Positions 10,166 to 24,705 of a stretch of DNA of 64,000 nucleotides are shown one piece after another. Every line of letters starts with the position of its first letter. Positions within the stretch are counted from its first letter, which is position 1. The translations under genes were made by a program, and so were the position numbers. The stretch lies in contig NC_135808.1 in the NCBI RefSeq assembly GCF_964213995.1, forward strand, positions 558,001 to 622,000. Direction: 5' to 3'. Source of the stretch: Mustelus asterias (lineage: Eukaryota). The notes under the pieces were generated by a model, which ran no database searches, was not told the origin of the DNA, and saw only the letters and a program-made list of their open reading frames with translations.

Positions 10166-11982
10166 CTTCAGCCCATGAATGTAATTCTCTTAATTGCCTC
10201 TTCCCATCAATACATCCCATTACATTTCCCATTGCATTTAAATTTCTCCAGCCACAAAAGTGCTGCTGAACACAGGAACAGGGTTAGGCCATTGAGCCCA
10301 TCGTAAGAGGTGGCGGCACATTGAATTAGCACTGCTGCCTCACAGCATCAGGGACCTGGATTCAATTCCCGGCTTGGGTCACTGCAGAGACTGCACGTTC
10401 TGTCCGTGTCTGCATGGGTTTCCTCCAGGTGCTCCAGTTTACTCCCACAGTCTGAAAGATAGGCTGGTTAGGCGCAGAGGCCGTGCTATATTCCCCCTCA
10501 GTGTCCCCTAATAGGCGCCGGAGTGTGGCAACTAGGGGACTTTTACAGTAATTTCATTGCAGTGTTCATGTAAGCCTATTTGTGACACTAATCAATAAAC
10601 TTTAAACTTTAGATCATGGATGATGTGTCCTGACTCCATCTACTCATTGGCCCATATCCCACATCTGACTTCATGATTAAAGCGAATAACGGTTTCCCCA
10701 CTGTCACACATTGATTTTCCAGCTGTTTCTTTTTAAATAAGAGGCTCGGAGTATTTTAAATCTTAGTTATGCTCTCTTTAAAGTGGCTGTTCTTTCAAGT
10801 GTAGGATCTTTCTTAAATTGTGCAGGAGATGCTGTGCAGGCTCTCTCTCAGTAAATCAAAGATTTCTCCGATCAATCCTTGGCATTTTTGGCTAAGATCA
10901 ACCGTTAGATCAAGCCCAAGATGGGGTTTAATGCCTTATGTTCTCAACTTGGATCTTGTTTGTCTCGCTTGAGAGGACCCTGAATTAGATTCAATTTTAA
11001 TTTGATATTTGGAGCAAACAATGAGTTAGATTTGGGTTTGCTCGGTCCGCTCTAAGGATGGAGTAAAAAATATATTTCAAAAAACGTGGCAACAGCAACA
11101 AAGAAAATCATGGCTATGGGATTGAATTTTTTTGAAATTATTCCTTTCTCAAAGCCAGTGTGCAGAGTGGACAGGGGAAACCCTTAAATCCCTCATCCAG
11201 ACACAAAACATTAGCTCTATTTTCTCTCTCTCCACAGATGCTGTCAGACCTGCAGAGATTTTCCTGCATTTTCCTGTTTTTGTCGCCTTTAATGCCCCTC
11301 CTCGCTTGTTCTAAAAAAATTCAAAATCATAGTTAGCCCCCTCCCTACCCCCCCACACCCCCATCCCCCCCCCCCAGCCCCCCCCCCCCACACTTCTCCA
11401 CCAGCCCACAGGGGAGACAGACAAGATACAAGCTGGCAAGAACACAAATTATATCTGGTATTGGGCTTGATCTTAGCGGCGGGATTGATCGGATAAATCT
11501 TTTTGTTTATTGTTTTACTCCATCCTTAAAGTTACAAAGCCAATGTTCAAAATAGCATCTCAAATGCACATCTAAATATTTCTCTGCTTCCACCATCCTC
11601 TCAAGCAGCGAGTTCCAGGTTCCCACCGTGCTCAAGGTGATAAAACATTTCCTCACATCCAGTGGTGGATTAACTACTATCTGGATCCCTAGGCTGAGCT
11701 TTAGTAAGGCCCCCTGCCTCACCCTTCGTTGAATAGAATAAAGTGACGTTAAGTGACGTTAGATAACTTATATCGTTGTACTATGTATAATGAACTACAT
11801 GTATAATATCATAAAGTTATATGAATCAATTGCAGCCCTTTTATTCATTTATTTTTCATTTTCTTTACATTTGTACTTTAAAAAGCTTCCGTGTATTTTG
11901 GTTTACAAAAGTGTCGATAACAGCATGTAAATCAACAGATCGAAGCATGTCTGATTCAATGTGCATGAGTGCCAGTGACTAA

Positions 11983-12235
11983 AGGCCTGATTTTACCATT
12001 TTGAGCCTAAGTGCCGAATCTGGGCATCAAATAGATCCGAGCCCGGAATCCTCTTTCCAGCGCGCCCATACCCTTTTTGCCGACTCCGGTCCGAACCGCG
12101 CAGTGGGCGGGGCTTAGCGCTGCCGGAACGATCGGAGCTCTGAACTGCGCATGCGCAGTTTGAAAAAAAATCTGAAGCAGCGCGCCCGGGCGGGAAAGAA
12201 AACAACAGCAGAGAGAGCAGAGAGGGGGGGAGGAT
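11983..12235. mobile_element. Probable DNA-transposon (Harbinger-like MITE) end fragment; related pieces at ~29460-29565 and ~38377-38497
   Basis: Abrupt GC/CpG-rich segment starting GGCCTGATTTTACC, similar to the GGGCAGGATTTTC and GGGGATTTT termini of the other two pieces; family assignment by resemblance only. Confidence 0.35.
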
Positions 12236-12691
12236 GGACTTGGGAGAATCTTACAAACTGAAAATAATGTAGCATCTTCTTTGTGCTGCCTAATTATCTA
12301 TGGGAAAGGTAATTAAACTACAGTGTCCTAGTGAGCAATTAGTGGCCTGTATAATACATTTGTGATCTGTAACTGGATTGTTGATGTCCCTGTAGCCATG
12401 AGCCAGGTGCTCAAATGTTCAGAGTCATGTGGTGGACTTGGAAGAATTGTCCCCGTGGTGGAACTTGGTTGGAAATAAGATTCAAGGAGATTACTAAATC
12501 TGGGAAATCAACCATAGTGAAAAGAAGTTTGTATTGGCAACTCTTCTCTCACATTCCATGGCAGATGTGCCCCTACTTATGAATGTGATTTGCATGGGCA
12601 ATGTTGGGTGCAGCTAATCTGCCTCTGGAGCAGCCTTGAATCCTTTCTTTCATCTTGTTTTCATCTGAACATTGCACAGAATTAGAGGAAT

Positions 12692-12797
12692 TCCCTTTGG
12701 AAGATAATGTCAAAATTATAATCACAGGAACTAAAAACCTGACATGTCAGGTTTTTAGTTCCTACGATTATAATTTTGACATTATCTTCCAAAGGGA
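12692..12797. repeat. 106-bp spacerless palindrome
   Basis: Arms 12692-12744 and 12745-12797 are reverse complements with 2 mismatches; centre CCTGACA|TGTCAGG. Confidence 0.95.
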
Positions 12798-12799
12798 TA

Positions 12800-12960
12800 C
12801 CTTAGAAACCTGAAGCTCTTGACCATTTTTACTTCATCCTCATTGAAGTCAACAGGTTGCTGCGCTTCCTGAAGTCAATGACTATCTCCTTCATTTTGTT
12901 GACATTGAGGGCGAGATTATTGTCATTGCACCAGTGCATGAGGTTCTCTATCTCATCTCA
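12800..12960 (-). mobile_element. Rex1/Babar-like LINE RT fragment
   Basis: Minus strand reads WCNDNNLALNVNKMKEIVIDFRK. Confidence 0.7.
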
Positions 12961-13269
12961 GTGCTTCCCGAGTCTTGCCGTTTATCATGTATACCCTCTT
13001 CCTTGTTTGTCCTACCCAAGTGCATCACCTCACACTTATCTAGATTGAATTTCATTTCCCACTGATCAGCCCATCAGACCAGCCCACCTTTATCCTCCTG
13101 TAATCTAAGGCTATCCTCCTCACTACCCTACCAATTTTCATATCATCCATGAACTTTCTGATCAACGCTCCTACTGTCAACTCTAAATCACTTTGATAAA
13201 CCACAAACAGCAAAGGCCCCAACACTGAAAGAAGAGCAAATTTGGAAAATCAAATAATGGCAGATATTA

Positions 13270-14010
13270 GCAGGAATATTGTGTACAGTTCTAGGCACCA
13301 CACTATAGGAAGGATGTGAAGAAATTGGAGGGCGTGCATAAGAGGTTTACAAGAATGATTCCAGGGATGAGAAACTTCAGTTATGAGGAGAGATTAGAGA
13401 TATTAGAGTCCAAAGATGTGCGGGTTAGGTTGATTGGCCATGCTAAAATTGCCCCTTAGTGTCCTGGGATGTGTAGATTAGAGGGATTAGCGGGTAAAAT
13501 ATGTAGGGATATGGGGGTAGGGCCTGGGTGGGATTGTGGTCGGTGCGGGCTCGATGGGCCGAATGGCCTCTTTCTGTACTGTAGGGTTTCTATGATTCTA
13601 TATTGGGACTGTTCTTCTTTGAGAGCAACAGGCAAAGAGGAGATTTGATAGAGATGTTCAAAATCATGAGGGGGCTGGACAGAGTAGACGGGGAGAAACC
13701 GTTCCCATTTGTAAAAGGATCGAGAATGAGAGGGCACAGATTTAAAGGGATTTCCAAAAGAAACAAATGTGATGTGAGAAAAAACTTTTTCCCACAGCGA
13801 GTTGTTGGGGTTGGAATGCACTGCCTGAAAGTGTGGTGGAGGCAGGTTCAATCGAGGCGTTCATAGGGGTGTTAGATGATTATTTGAATGGAAACAATGT
13901 GCTGGGGTACAGGGAAGATGCAGGGGGATGGCAGTAAGTCATGATGGAGAATCGGTGGAGGCACAATGGGCTGAATGGCCTCCTTCTGCACCATAACAAT
14001 TCTATGACTC
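13270..14010 (+). mobile_element. CR1-like 3' fragment with nested HE1 SINE tail (~13408-13600)
   Basis: RGDLIEMFKIMRGLDRVD...KNFFPQRVV. Confidence 0.85.
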
Positions 14011-14292
14011 CATTATATATTTCAGACTGGAGGGAAGCACACAAACATATTACTCAGGCATTGGTATTGAGACCATGACATTCTTCAAGCATATCAATGA
14101 CCTGGACGTGGGTAAACGGGGCATAATTTCAAAGTGCATAAAACACAGCAAGGTGTTAAAAGCATTGCAAAGTCTAACACCAAATGCCAGGAAAACCTCC
14201 ATCCTGATTAAAGATTACAGACTAGGATTAACTCTGTTTCTCTCTTGACTGTTTATCTCAGACCAGCTGAACAAATGCAGCATTTTCTGTTT

Positions 14293-15102
14293 TGTGATGA
14301 ACTGTGCCTTTAATAAACGTATATATGTCATGTTTCTTGTGAGTGGTATGATTAAAATTCAGCTCGGTTTACACGGTGCCGATTTGTCTGCACCAGGCAG
14401 CTCACATGCTACGAATGCAGGCTAATTATCGATTTTAGCTGCGGATATATTTGTTTTAATGTGAGTTTTTTTTTTCCCTGGAGTTTCGGAGTAGGAATTT
14501 GATAATGTTGATCGACAGAGGCGGAAACATGTGAATGAGCGGGGCTAAGTTTTCAGGGAAAGCACACAGTTCTCTTTTATTTTTAAACAGGTGGTTTCTG
14601 AAAGAAGCAAGAGGTGTCTTACTCTCTCTTAGTCTCTCTCTCTCTCTCTCTCTGTCCCTCGAGGCTGCTGACTCTCTGTCTCTCTCGATCTCTCTCTGCA
14701 GGTTGCTGTTTGGGACTGTTATAAGACAGGTCTCTCTCTCTCTCTCTTTCCAAAGGTGTTCAAAGGCACTTGGACTGTTAACAAGTAAAAACATGTAAGC
14801 CTGTGTTGTTTGCTAACTGGTATTGAAGAGGAGTTTAAGTCTATGAGGAATCTTGCTTAAATTGGAAATAATAGAGATAGATTAGCAGTTAAGAATCGTA
14901 CCCTGTCATGTTAAAGTATTTTAATTGTTAAAAGCTAAACTAGTTCATTTGATATCATTAAATGGTATTGTTAAATAAAGGGTTTTTTTTTAATAAAAGC
15001 TTCCTAATGTGTTGATAAAATCACACATGGAGTGAAACACCTTAAACGGATCTATTCAGGCTTCATAACATACTTTGGGGTTTCTGCTCTGACAACTCCA
15101 CA
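14293..15102. mobile_element. Solo LTR, 810 bp, containing (TC)n tracts
   Basis: TGTG...CACA termini; 4-bp TSD GTTT at 14289-14292 and 15103-15106; interrupts the common repeat CATTTTCTGTTT|TTATTTCA. Confidence 0.75.
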
Positions 15103-18100
15103 GTTTTTATTTCAAATTTGACTCCTCTGCAGTATTTAGATACTAGGAGGACATAAACTGCTGAAATGGACAATTGAGTTTTAACAATGACATTTTGGTC
15201 AGAAGAATGAGTCGAGGCAGTATCTTTTCCCCTTTATTAATCGGGGAATGTGTGCATCTCTGGCAATTGGCCAAGATCAGGTCACTGTCTGTGTGGAGTT
15301 TGCACATTCTCCCCATGTCTGCGTGGGTTTCCTCCGGGTGCTCCGGTTTCCTCCCACAGTCCAAAGATGTGCAGGTTAGGTGGATTGGCTATAATGAATT
15401 GCCCTGTAGTGCCGGGGTCGGGGGTGGGGAGGGGGGGGGGGGGCGGAGGGTGATTAGCAGGATAAATATGTGGGGTTATAGGAATAGAGCCTGGGTGGGA
15501 TTGTGATCGGTGCAGACTCGATGGGCCGAATGGTTTCCTTCTGCACTGTAGGGATCTATGATTCTATTTGATGCCCATCCTTAATTGCATTTGAACTGAG
15601 TGCCTCTCTCGGCCATTTCAGAGGGCAGTTGAAAGTCAACCACATTACTGTGGCTCTGGAGTCACTTTTAGGCCAGACCGGGTAAGGACGGCAGATTAGC
15701 AGAACAAACATTTCCTCTCGGGAAGCAGGTATAGCACAGGTTATATTGGTGCAACATTGGTGGAGTGGTATTGTCACTCCACTAGTAACCCAGAATGTTT
15801 TTTTTATTCTTTCGTGGGAGACGGACACCGCCGGCTGGTCAGCATTTATTGCCCATCCCTAGTTGCCCTTGGAGGGCATTTGAGAGTCAACCACATTGCT
15901 GTGGCTCTGGAGTCACATGTAGGCCAGACCGGGTAAGGACGGTTGATTTCCTTCCCTAAAGGACATCAATGAACCAGATGGTTTTACAACAGCTGATGAT
16001 AGTTTCATGGTCACCGTTAAACAGACTAATTTTCAATTCGAGGTTGAATGATTGAATTTAAATTCCACCAGCTGCCGTGATGACCCCAGAGACTGGACCT
16101 CTGGAATAGACAGCCACTGACATTATCACTATACCACAATTGCCGTATTTTCAAATAAAACCATTCAGTTTTAAAGTTGATGCAGGAACAATGAGAGCTG
16201 GAGGGGGTGATGTGTACATATCTCTGAAGATGGCATGTGAACTCATATTTCTGGGGCACTACCCATCATTATTCTTCAATTACTAAAGTTTAAAGTGTAT
16301 TTATTAGTGTCACAAATAGGCTTACATTAACACTGCAATGAAGTTACTGTGAAAATCCCCGAGTTGCCACACTCCGGCGCTTGTTCGGGTACACTGTGGA
16401 GAATTTAGCAAGTGGCAAGGATGATCAATGAGGTTAGTGCAGCGGGTGTGTCTTTTTCTGCAACATCTCTAACACCTTCACATCCTTCCTAAAGGCTGGT
16501 TCCCAGAATTGCACACATCACATTAGTTGACACCTCATTCTGACAACCTGTCGGAATGTATGGAGGGTGATGTAGCATTTTATTCAATCCTCTTCATTCA
16601 ATGCTTTTTTACTGTTTTTATTTCAGGTTTCTGGAATTAAGAATCTACTGGTGACCATGAAACCATTGTCGATTGTCAGAAAAACCCATCTGGTTCACTA
16701 ACGCCCTTTAGGGAAGGAAATCTGCTGTCCTTACTCAGTCTGGCCGACATGTGACTCCTGAGCCACAGCAATGTGGTTGACTCTTAACCGCCCTCTGAAA
16801 TGACCTAGCATGCCATCCAGGTTCAAGGGAAACTAGGGATGGACAATAAATGCTGGGCAGCCAGCAATGCTCATGTCCCATGAATGAATGAAAAATATAG
16901 CATTTTGCTTTTTTTTGACAAACTAGATTTGGGTTTGGAAGTATCATTTTGCTCACTGGTCTATGGGATTAGCACACCTTTAGAATCATAGAATCATAGA
17001 ATCACAGTAGTGCGGAAAGAGGCCATTCAGCCCATCGAGCCCAGACTGACCACAATCTCATCCAGGTCCTATCCCCATAACCTCATACATTTTCTCTAGC
17101 TAGTCCCCCTGACACTAAGGGTCAATTTTACATGGCCAATCCACCTAACCCGCACATCTTTGGACTGTGGGAGGAAACCGGAGCACCTGGAGGAAACCCA
17201 CGCAGACACGGGGAGAATGTGCAAACTCCACACAGACAATGACCCAAGCCAGGAATTGAACCCGGGTCCCTGGCACTGTGAGGCAGCAGTGCCAACCACT
17301 GTGCCACCGCACCACTCTAATTAGTGGTAGATATTGTCAGTGCAGACTCAATGGACCAAAGGGCCTTTTCTGCATTTGCACAGCTCTATAATCATTTACA
17401 TTCAGACATCAGGACATTCATGTTTTAAAAATGGCACTGCACAGCAAGATCCCAAACGCTGTTCCATAATGGTTGTGGCTACACTTAATACATCGCCTCA
17501 CCCCAACTCAATATTTCCCTCAACATCCTCTCTTTTCCATCTCTCTCTCTCAGTCTGTTTCTCACAGGCCAGAATATGGAGAGACAGCAAGGGAGGGAGG
17601 GAGAGAGAGAGAGAAATCCACATTCAGTCCCTCAACAAACCCAATTCAAAATGCTTCCTGCACATTGCCAGTCCCAGGGAGTGGAGAAAGAATGGGAATG
17701 TGTTACTGTTCATGTGTTACTGATGAATTGTGGATTGATCACATCCATGTGCCAGGATGGTGCCGGAGAGTTGTGACTCTTTGTGAGCTATGATAGCACG
17801 CAAAACAATACTTTTCACTGTATCTCGGTACATGTGACGATAATTTTTCTTTATTCATGGGTGTCGCCAGCTGAGTCAGCATTTATTGCCCATCCCTTAA
17901 TTGCTCTTCAACTGAGTTTCAGAGGCACTTAAGAGTTAACCACATTGCTGTGGGTCTGGAGTCACATGTAGGAATGTCAGGTAAGGACGGCAGATTTCCT
18001 TCCCTAAGTTTTAAAGTTAAAGATTTTTTTTAAAGTTTATTAATATGAGTGTCACAAGCAGGCTTACATTAACACTGCAATGAAGTTACTGTGAAAATCC

Positions 18101-18549
18101 CCCAGTCACCACACTCCAGCACCCTGCTTGGGTACACTGAGGGAGAATCTAACATTGCCAATGCACCTAACCTTTCAGACTGTGGGAGGAAACCGGAGCA
18201 AACCCACGCAGGGGCGGGGAGAACGTGCAGACTCCACACAGACAATAATCCAAGCCAGAAATCCAACTTGGTGCTGTGAGGCAGCAGTGTTAACCACTCT
18301 GCTACTAAAGGACATTAGTGAGCCAGATGGGCTTTTATAGCAATCGACAATAGTTACACGATCATCAGATGTGCATCAGTTTTAAGTGCAGATGTTTATT
18401 AAATTCAAATTTCTGCCTTGGAGGGATTCGAACCCGGGTCTCCAAGAGCATTGCGAGCCCAGTGACAAAACTGCTTCCGCATCCCATCCCCTTAATATTA
18501 AATCAAATCAAATCAAAATGATACCTGGAGAGGGCTGTTGCTGCCACGA

Positions 18550-19168
<619 letters not shown>

Positions 19169-20121
19169 AGGACTATAGATGATTCAAAAACGACAAAAGG
19201 CTCTTTTCAGAGCCATTCACCTCTTTTCTGAAAGAGTTTGATCCAAATGGCCATTGGGGAATTTTAATTCTAAGAGGGACTTACTTTAAATCTTTTAAAC
19301 TTTTTTCCAAACTGGAATCTGCTTTTCGTTTGAACTTTTTCGCACTTCACTTTTTTTGAGGAAAATACTCGAGGAAAAATGACCGACCTGTTGCAAACAA
19401 ACAAAACCAATATCTACATTGGACAATCCTTTTTCAAAGACAATTCGACTGGACAGTGCAGTGTGTCCACTAGTTGCAAAGAACAGGAATGTTTGGCTTT
19501 GTGATCAAGAATATTAAAGATCGATTACTTCAAAAGAATTGTCTCGGTTTCTTGTCCTTTTAAACAAGTTCATTTGAAGAGGTGATGCATGTATTTTCTG
19601 TGTTAATTTTGTTGGGGTTGGTGAGTCTTTGACCCTTTTCTGTCGAAGGGAAGGGAGAGTGTCCACTGTGTCTCCTATCGGTGCATAGCTGTGGGTCCAG
19701 TTGATGAGGGAAAGGCAAGTTCAGCGACTAAAAACAGGAAAGACGAGAAAAATAAGACACTGACGGCACCGCAACACTAAAAAGTTGCGTTTTCTTTATA
19801 ACCAAGAAGTACATGGGAAGGGAAGGAACAAGCGGCTCACTTCCTGCCAAAAACAGTTCTAAAAGGTTATCCATTTCCAAAACGCCAGGGTCACTGGCCA
19901 TCGTCCTCTTTTGATTGGGGTAAGATGTCCTTTCGTGAGAGGAGGAGGGAAGGTTAATAATTTTAAAAGATGAAACTTGAATGCGAGATCTCCGCGGTTT
20001 GTGGCGGCATAATTACTTCGTTCAGGAAAGCGTTCCACCCTTTAATTTCTATACTTTCGAAGCAGTCATTCGTTTTTTTTCCTCTTTAATTATGTATTGT
20101 CCGTGTTCTTAAACGCCCCGA

Positions 20122-20682
20122 GGTCCCCATTTGGAGTATTGTGAGCGGTTTTGGGCCCCGTATCTAAGGAAGGATGTGCTGGCATTGGAAAGGGTCCAGA
20201 GGAGGTTCACAAGAATGATCCCTGGAATGAAGAGCTTGTATGAGGAACGGTTGAAGACTCTGGGTCTGTACTCGTTGGAGTTTAGAAGGATGAGGGGGGA
20301 TCTTATTGAAACTTACAGGATACTGTGAGGTCTGGATAGAGTGAACGTGGAGAGGATGTTTCCACTAGGAGGAAAAACTAGAACCAGAGGGCACAACCTC
20401 AGGCTAAAGGGACGATCCTTTAAAACAGAGATGAGGAGGAATTTCTTCAGCCAGAGAGTGGTGAATCTGTGGAACTCTTTGCCGCAGAAGGCTGTGGAGG
20501 CCAGGTCATTGAGTGTCTTTAAGACAGAGATGGATAGGTTCTTGATTAATAAGGGGATCAGGGGTTATGGGGAAAAGGCAGAAGAATGGGGACGAGAACA
20601 AAATCAGCCATGATTGAATGGCGGAGCAGACTCGATGGGCCGAGTGGCCTAATTCTGCTCCGATGTCTAATGGTCTTATGGT
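20122..20682 (+). mobile_element. CR1-like LINE 3' end
   Basis: EYCERFWAPYLRKDVLALERVQRRFTRMIPGM...FFSQRVVNLWNSLP. Confidence 0.95.
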
Positions 20683-21489
20683 CACTTCGGCGATGTACAA
20701 ATGCACTCAACTGATCCAGAGTTTTGAAGACAATGAAAGGTAAATAGAGGAAAGAAATAAACTTCTACCCGCTTCTGAAGTCTAAAAAAAATTCCACCCA
20801 TTTGAAATCGCCCAGGTACATTTTCATTTCACGACACATTATAAATGTATTGTGATTATGATTCCTTGTGACTAATTCCTATCCAGGAAATTTTTGGGAA
20901 ACGTTTAGCCTAATCTGCATTCGATCCTCTTTTCCTCCGCACTATATATTTCTTTCTCAGTTTCTCTTGAGAAATGGTATCTGACTTAAGATTTTTACAG
21001 CATTGCCCGTTTTATTTTTATTTGCCTGCCGCACAAGGCAGACAAAAGGGCGTTTCCATGTGTCACAAAGTGGGGAAACAGCGGAAAAGGGTTTGAAAGC
21101 ATTTAGTTATTATTTTTAAACTCAGGATACCGGTGGGAGACAAATGGGGCAACTGCAGGGTATAAAAAGCCAAACTGATTTCAAAATGTTGTCACAAAGT
21201 CAAAGGCTAAATTTTTTGAGTAAGACTAATTAAGGCGCATTTTCCAGAAATTTGCAACAACAAAAATCTTATTGTTACGTATGTGGGTTTTTTTGCAGTT
21301 TTGCCCATTTTTGTGCAGATTGCTGAAACAATCCGTCAAGGTGATGTAAACCTGCACTCAGTTTTATTTTGCTCTGTTGATGTGGTTTGAAAGGTCAAAA
21401 TTGCACTTACAAGTTGTTAAACTAATTTCAGCAGGTATTCAAAATGCTAAGATATCCCACCCACTCATAAACTCGTAGAAATCTTGATC

Positions 21490-21850
21490 TGTTGGAGACA
21501 ATGTTGGAGCAGAAGTAGGCCATTCGGCCCATAGAGGCTGCTTTGCCATTTAATGAGATCATGGCTGTTCTGATGTGATAATCCAAAACTCCACTTTCCC
21601 GCCTTATCCCCATAATCGATTTCCTTACTTATTAAAAATCCGTCTATCTCAGCCTCGAACATATTTTATTACCCAGCCTGTACAGCCCTCTGCGGGAAAG
21701 AACTCCAGATTCACTCCCCTCTTAGAGAAGAAATTCCTCCTCATCAGTCTTCAATGGGCGACTCCCTGATGATGCTCTTGTCCTAGACTCTTCCACAAGG
21801 GGAAACAACCTCTCAACATCTCCCCTATCTCGGCCCCCTGAGCATCCTGA
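21490..21850 (-). mobile_element. CR1-like LINE 3' end fragment
   Basis: FEAEIDGFLISK and CR1 3' UTR. Confidence 0.8.
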
Positions 21851-22651
21851 ATAAATAGGATTTCCAACATCAGCAATAAATTGTTTTTTTTAATGTTTTA
21901 TATGTTTAAGAAGGCAGATGGAATCTTTTAATGTATTAGAAATCGAATATAAGAGCAGAGAAGTTATGCTGGAACTATATAAAACATTAGTTAGGTCACA
22001 ACTTTATTATGTGTAGTTCTGGTCACCTCATCACAGAAAGCTTGCCATTGCATTCAAGAGTCAGACACGATGGGCAGTGGCCTCTTCCTCTGCGTATTCG
22101 TTTCCACATTTTCTAAATATCTGAAGAGGAACGTGCAGGGATGTGGATTGAAATGCTGTGTCTGGGATGGGGGTGGGTGTTTGTGGTGGCTATCGGTAAA
22201 TTGCTTCTCAGGGAAGCCATCACAGGTTCGATGGACTGAATGGCCCTGTTCGGTGTTCAGATTAGGTACAAAAAAGCATTTGTCCTCGTTTACGGGAAAA
22301 CACGGGGATTGGAAGGAAAAGCTAATTTTCAGGTGCAATTCCCATGATTTCAGCACTTTAATATTTCACATTTTTCTGTTAACACAAAAGGGGGAAAGCT
22401 GAAAATTCCTGTAGTGCCATGAAACGTTTCATTTTGGGTATTCTGTAAACAATGGCAATTTGGATTAATTTGTTTATTGCAAATACATTCCCGAGAAAGG
22501 TACACCATTTTCCATTTAAGACCTGCTAAATTTGTACCACAGCCGTTCTGTAAACATCAAGTCCTTTCCAGTATAAGCTTCCTTCGACCAGAATTATTTG
22601 GTGGCTCTGAAAAGAGCCTTTGGTTTCGTTATTTCTATGCAGCTATCAGAT

Positions 22652-23068
<417 letters not shown>

Positions 23069-24324
23069 TCACTTTGTCTTTCCACGATTCTGTCGGTGTT
23101 CTGTGAGGAACAGCCGCTGAGCGGCTCCTTTTATAGAGCCGGCGGCCAGTCGACGCCTCCTGATTGGTTGGAAGCTCGAATCTGATCCCTGCGTCCGATT
23201 GGCGCTCCTTTCCATCCGCTCGAAGACTCAACCGTGGAGGCAAAAAAGGCGGGAAAACCAACTGTGGCGGGAAACAAATGCGCTCCTTCACCAGAATGGC
23301 CAGTGGGACCGAGCAATAACCCTTACTACTATCGTTGTGGACCCTGAATCGTGACCGCTGACCGTTGAACCATTACTTCTCGCACAATTCAATTTAAGAA
23401 AACACAAAAGTGCTGGGAAATCTCAACAGGTCTGTCAGCATTTATGAAGAGAGAGAGATTCACATTGGACTCGACACAATAACTCTCTCCCCGCAGTTTT
23501 TTCTGTCTATAATTTTAGATTCCTGCGTTTATTGTGCCAGTTTTATAGTGGTAATCCATGCAAATGTTAGCTGCGTGGGAAGGAAAGTTTTCCACGGGTA
23601 ATGTGCCAGGTTAGGTTTGAGCAAAGGAAACACAAACTCAAATGGAAATGGTGTCAACCAACGCATTGTGGCACAGCAGGAACGTGGCTCCAAAGTACAC
23701 ATACCCGCCAGTGACCTCACTCACTGCCCATGACTGTAAAACTATGTGTAAAGATTAGGAAAGAGATCCAGTATTTTTGTCGGATTTCATTTGGTAACAC
23801 AGAAGACTGCTCTATGGGGTCTTCCCGGGACGCCAAGACAGTGATCAGGGAATCAATTAAACCGCCCCCCTTGCTGAAACATTGAAGCACAAATAAAATG
23901 CCGAAATCATTAAGCAGGCCTGTGTAGTTTATTTCATTTTCGATCTCCCCTTCCCCAATTCTAAACCTTTTTTCTTGTAGAAAACAGTATAGCGACTAAT
24001 GTTGGATATTCAACTGCATTGAATCAGAAACCACAATCTAATTTCAGTGAACGAAGATACCATTAATTACTAAAACATCAGATTTGATTGTTCAGAGACA
24101 AAGCGTTGGTAAAACTAATTTTAAAATTAAGCCAGGGGGTGGGGAGCAAGTCACGCACAGCTGAAGTGGGAAATCATTAAATGTTTTTTAGAGGTACTGT
24201 CCATATTTCAAATTCATTTTCGAACAACGGAGGAATAGGTCCCTTTCTGGATATCTTGAGTGGCTCTGAAAAGAGCCTTTGAGGTTTTTTTTGAGCGCGG
24301 TCTGTCTTCGTCCAGAGGCGCTCG

Positions 24325-24705
24325 TTATTTGCAGCTGGTGTACTTGGTGACCGCCTTGGTGCCCTCGGAGACGGCGTGTTTCGCCAACTCGCCGGGCAGC
24401 AAAAGGCGGACGGTGGTCTGGATCTCCCGAGAGGAGATGGTCTGCCGCTTGCTGTAGCGGATGAGGCGGGAGGCCTCGCAGGCGATCCGATCGAAGATGT
24501 CGTTGACGAACGAGTTGATGACGCTCATGGCAGAGGAAGAGATACCGGTGTCCGGGTGGACCTGCTTCAGCACCTTGTAGATGTAGATGCTGTAGCTCTC
24601 CTTGCGGCTCTTCTTACGCTTCTTCTCGCCCTTGGCGCGCCTCTTGGTGGCTGCTTTCTTCAGCCCCTTCTTGGGAGCCATACCCTTTGCCGCCGCTTCA
24701 GGCAT
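24325..24705 (-). CDS. H2B: Divergent histone H2B 'H2B-2' (126 aa, two Cys)
   Basis: [13 protein letters not shown]...[24 protein letters not shown]...RIACEASR...KYTSCK; octamer ATTTGCAT(-) 24777-24784; stem-loop 24262-24277(-). Confidence 0.95.
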   Translation of the reverse strand: MPEAAAKGMAPKKGLKKAATKRRAKGEKKRKKSRKESYSIYIYKVLKQVHPDTGISSSAMSVINSFVNDIFDRIACEASRLIRYSKRQTISSREIQTTVRLLLPGELAKHAVSEGTKAVTKYTSCK

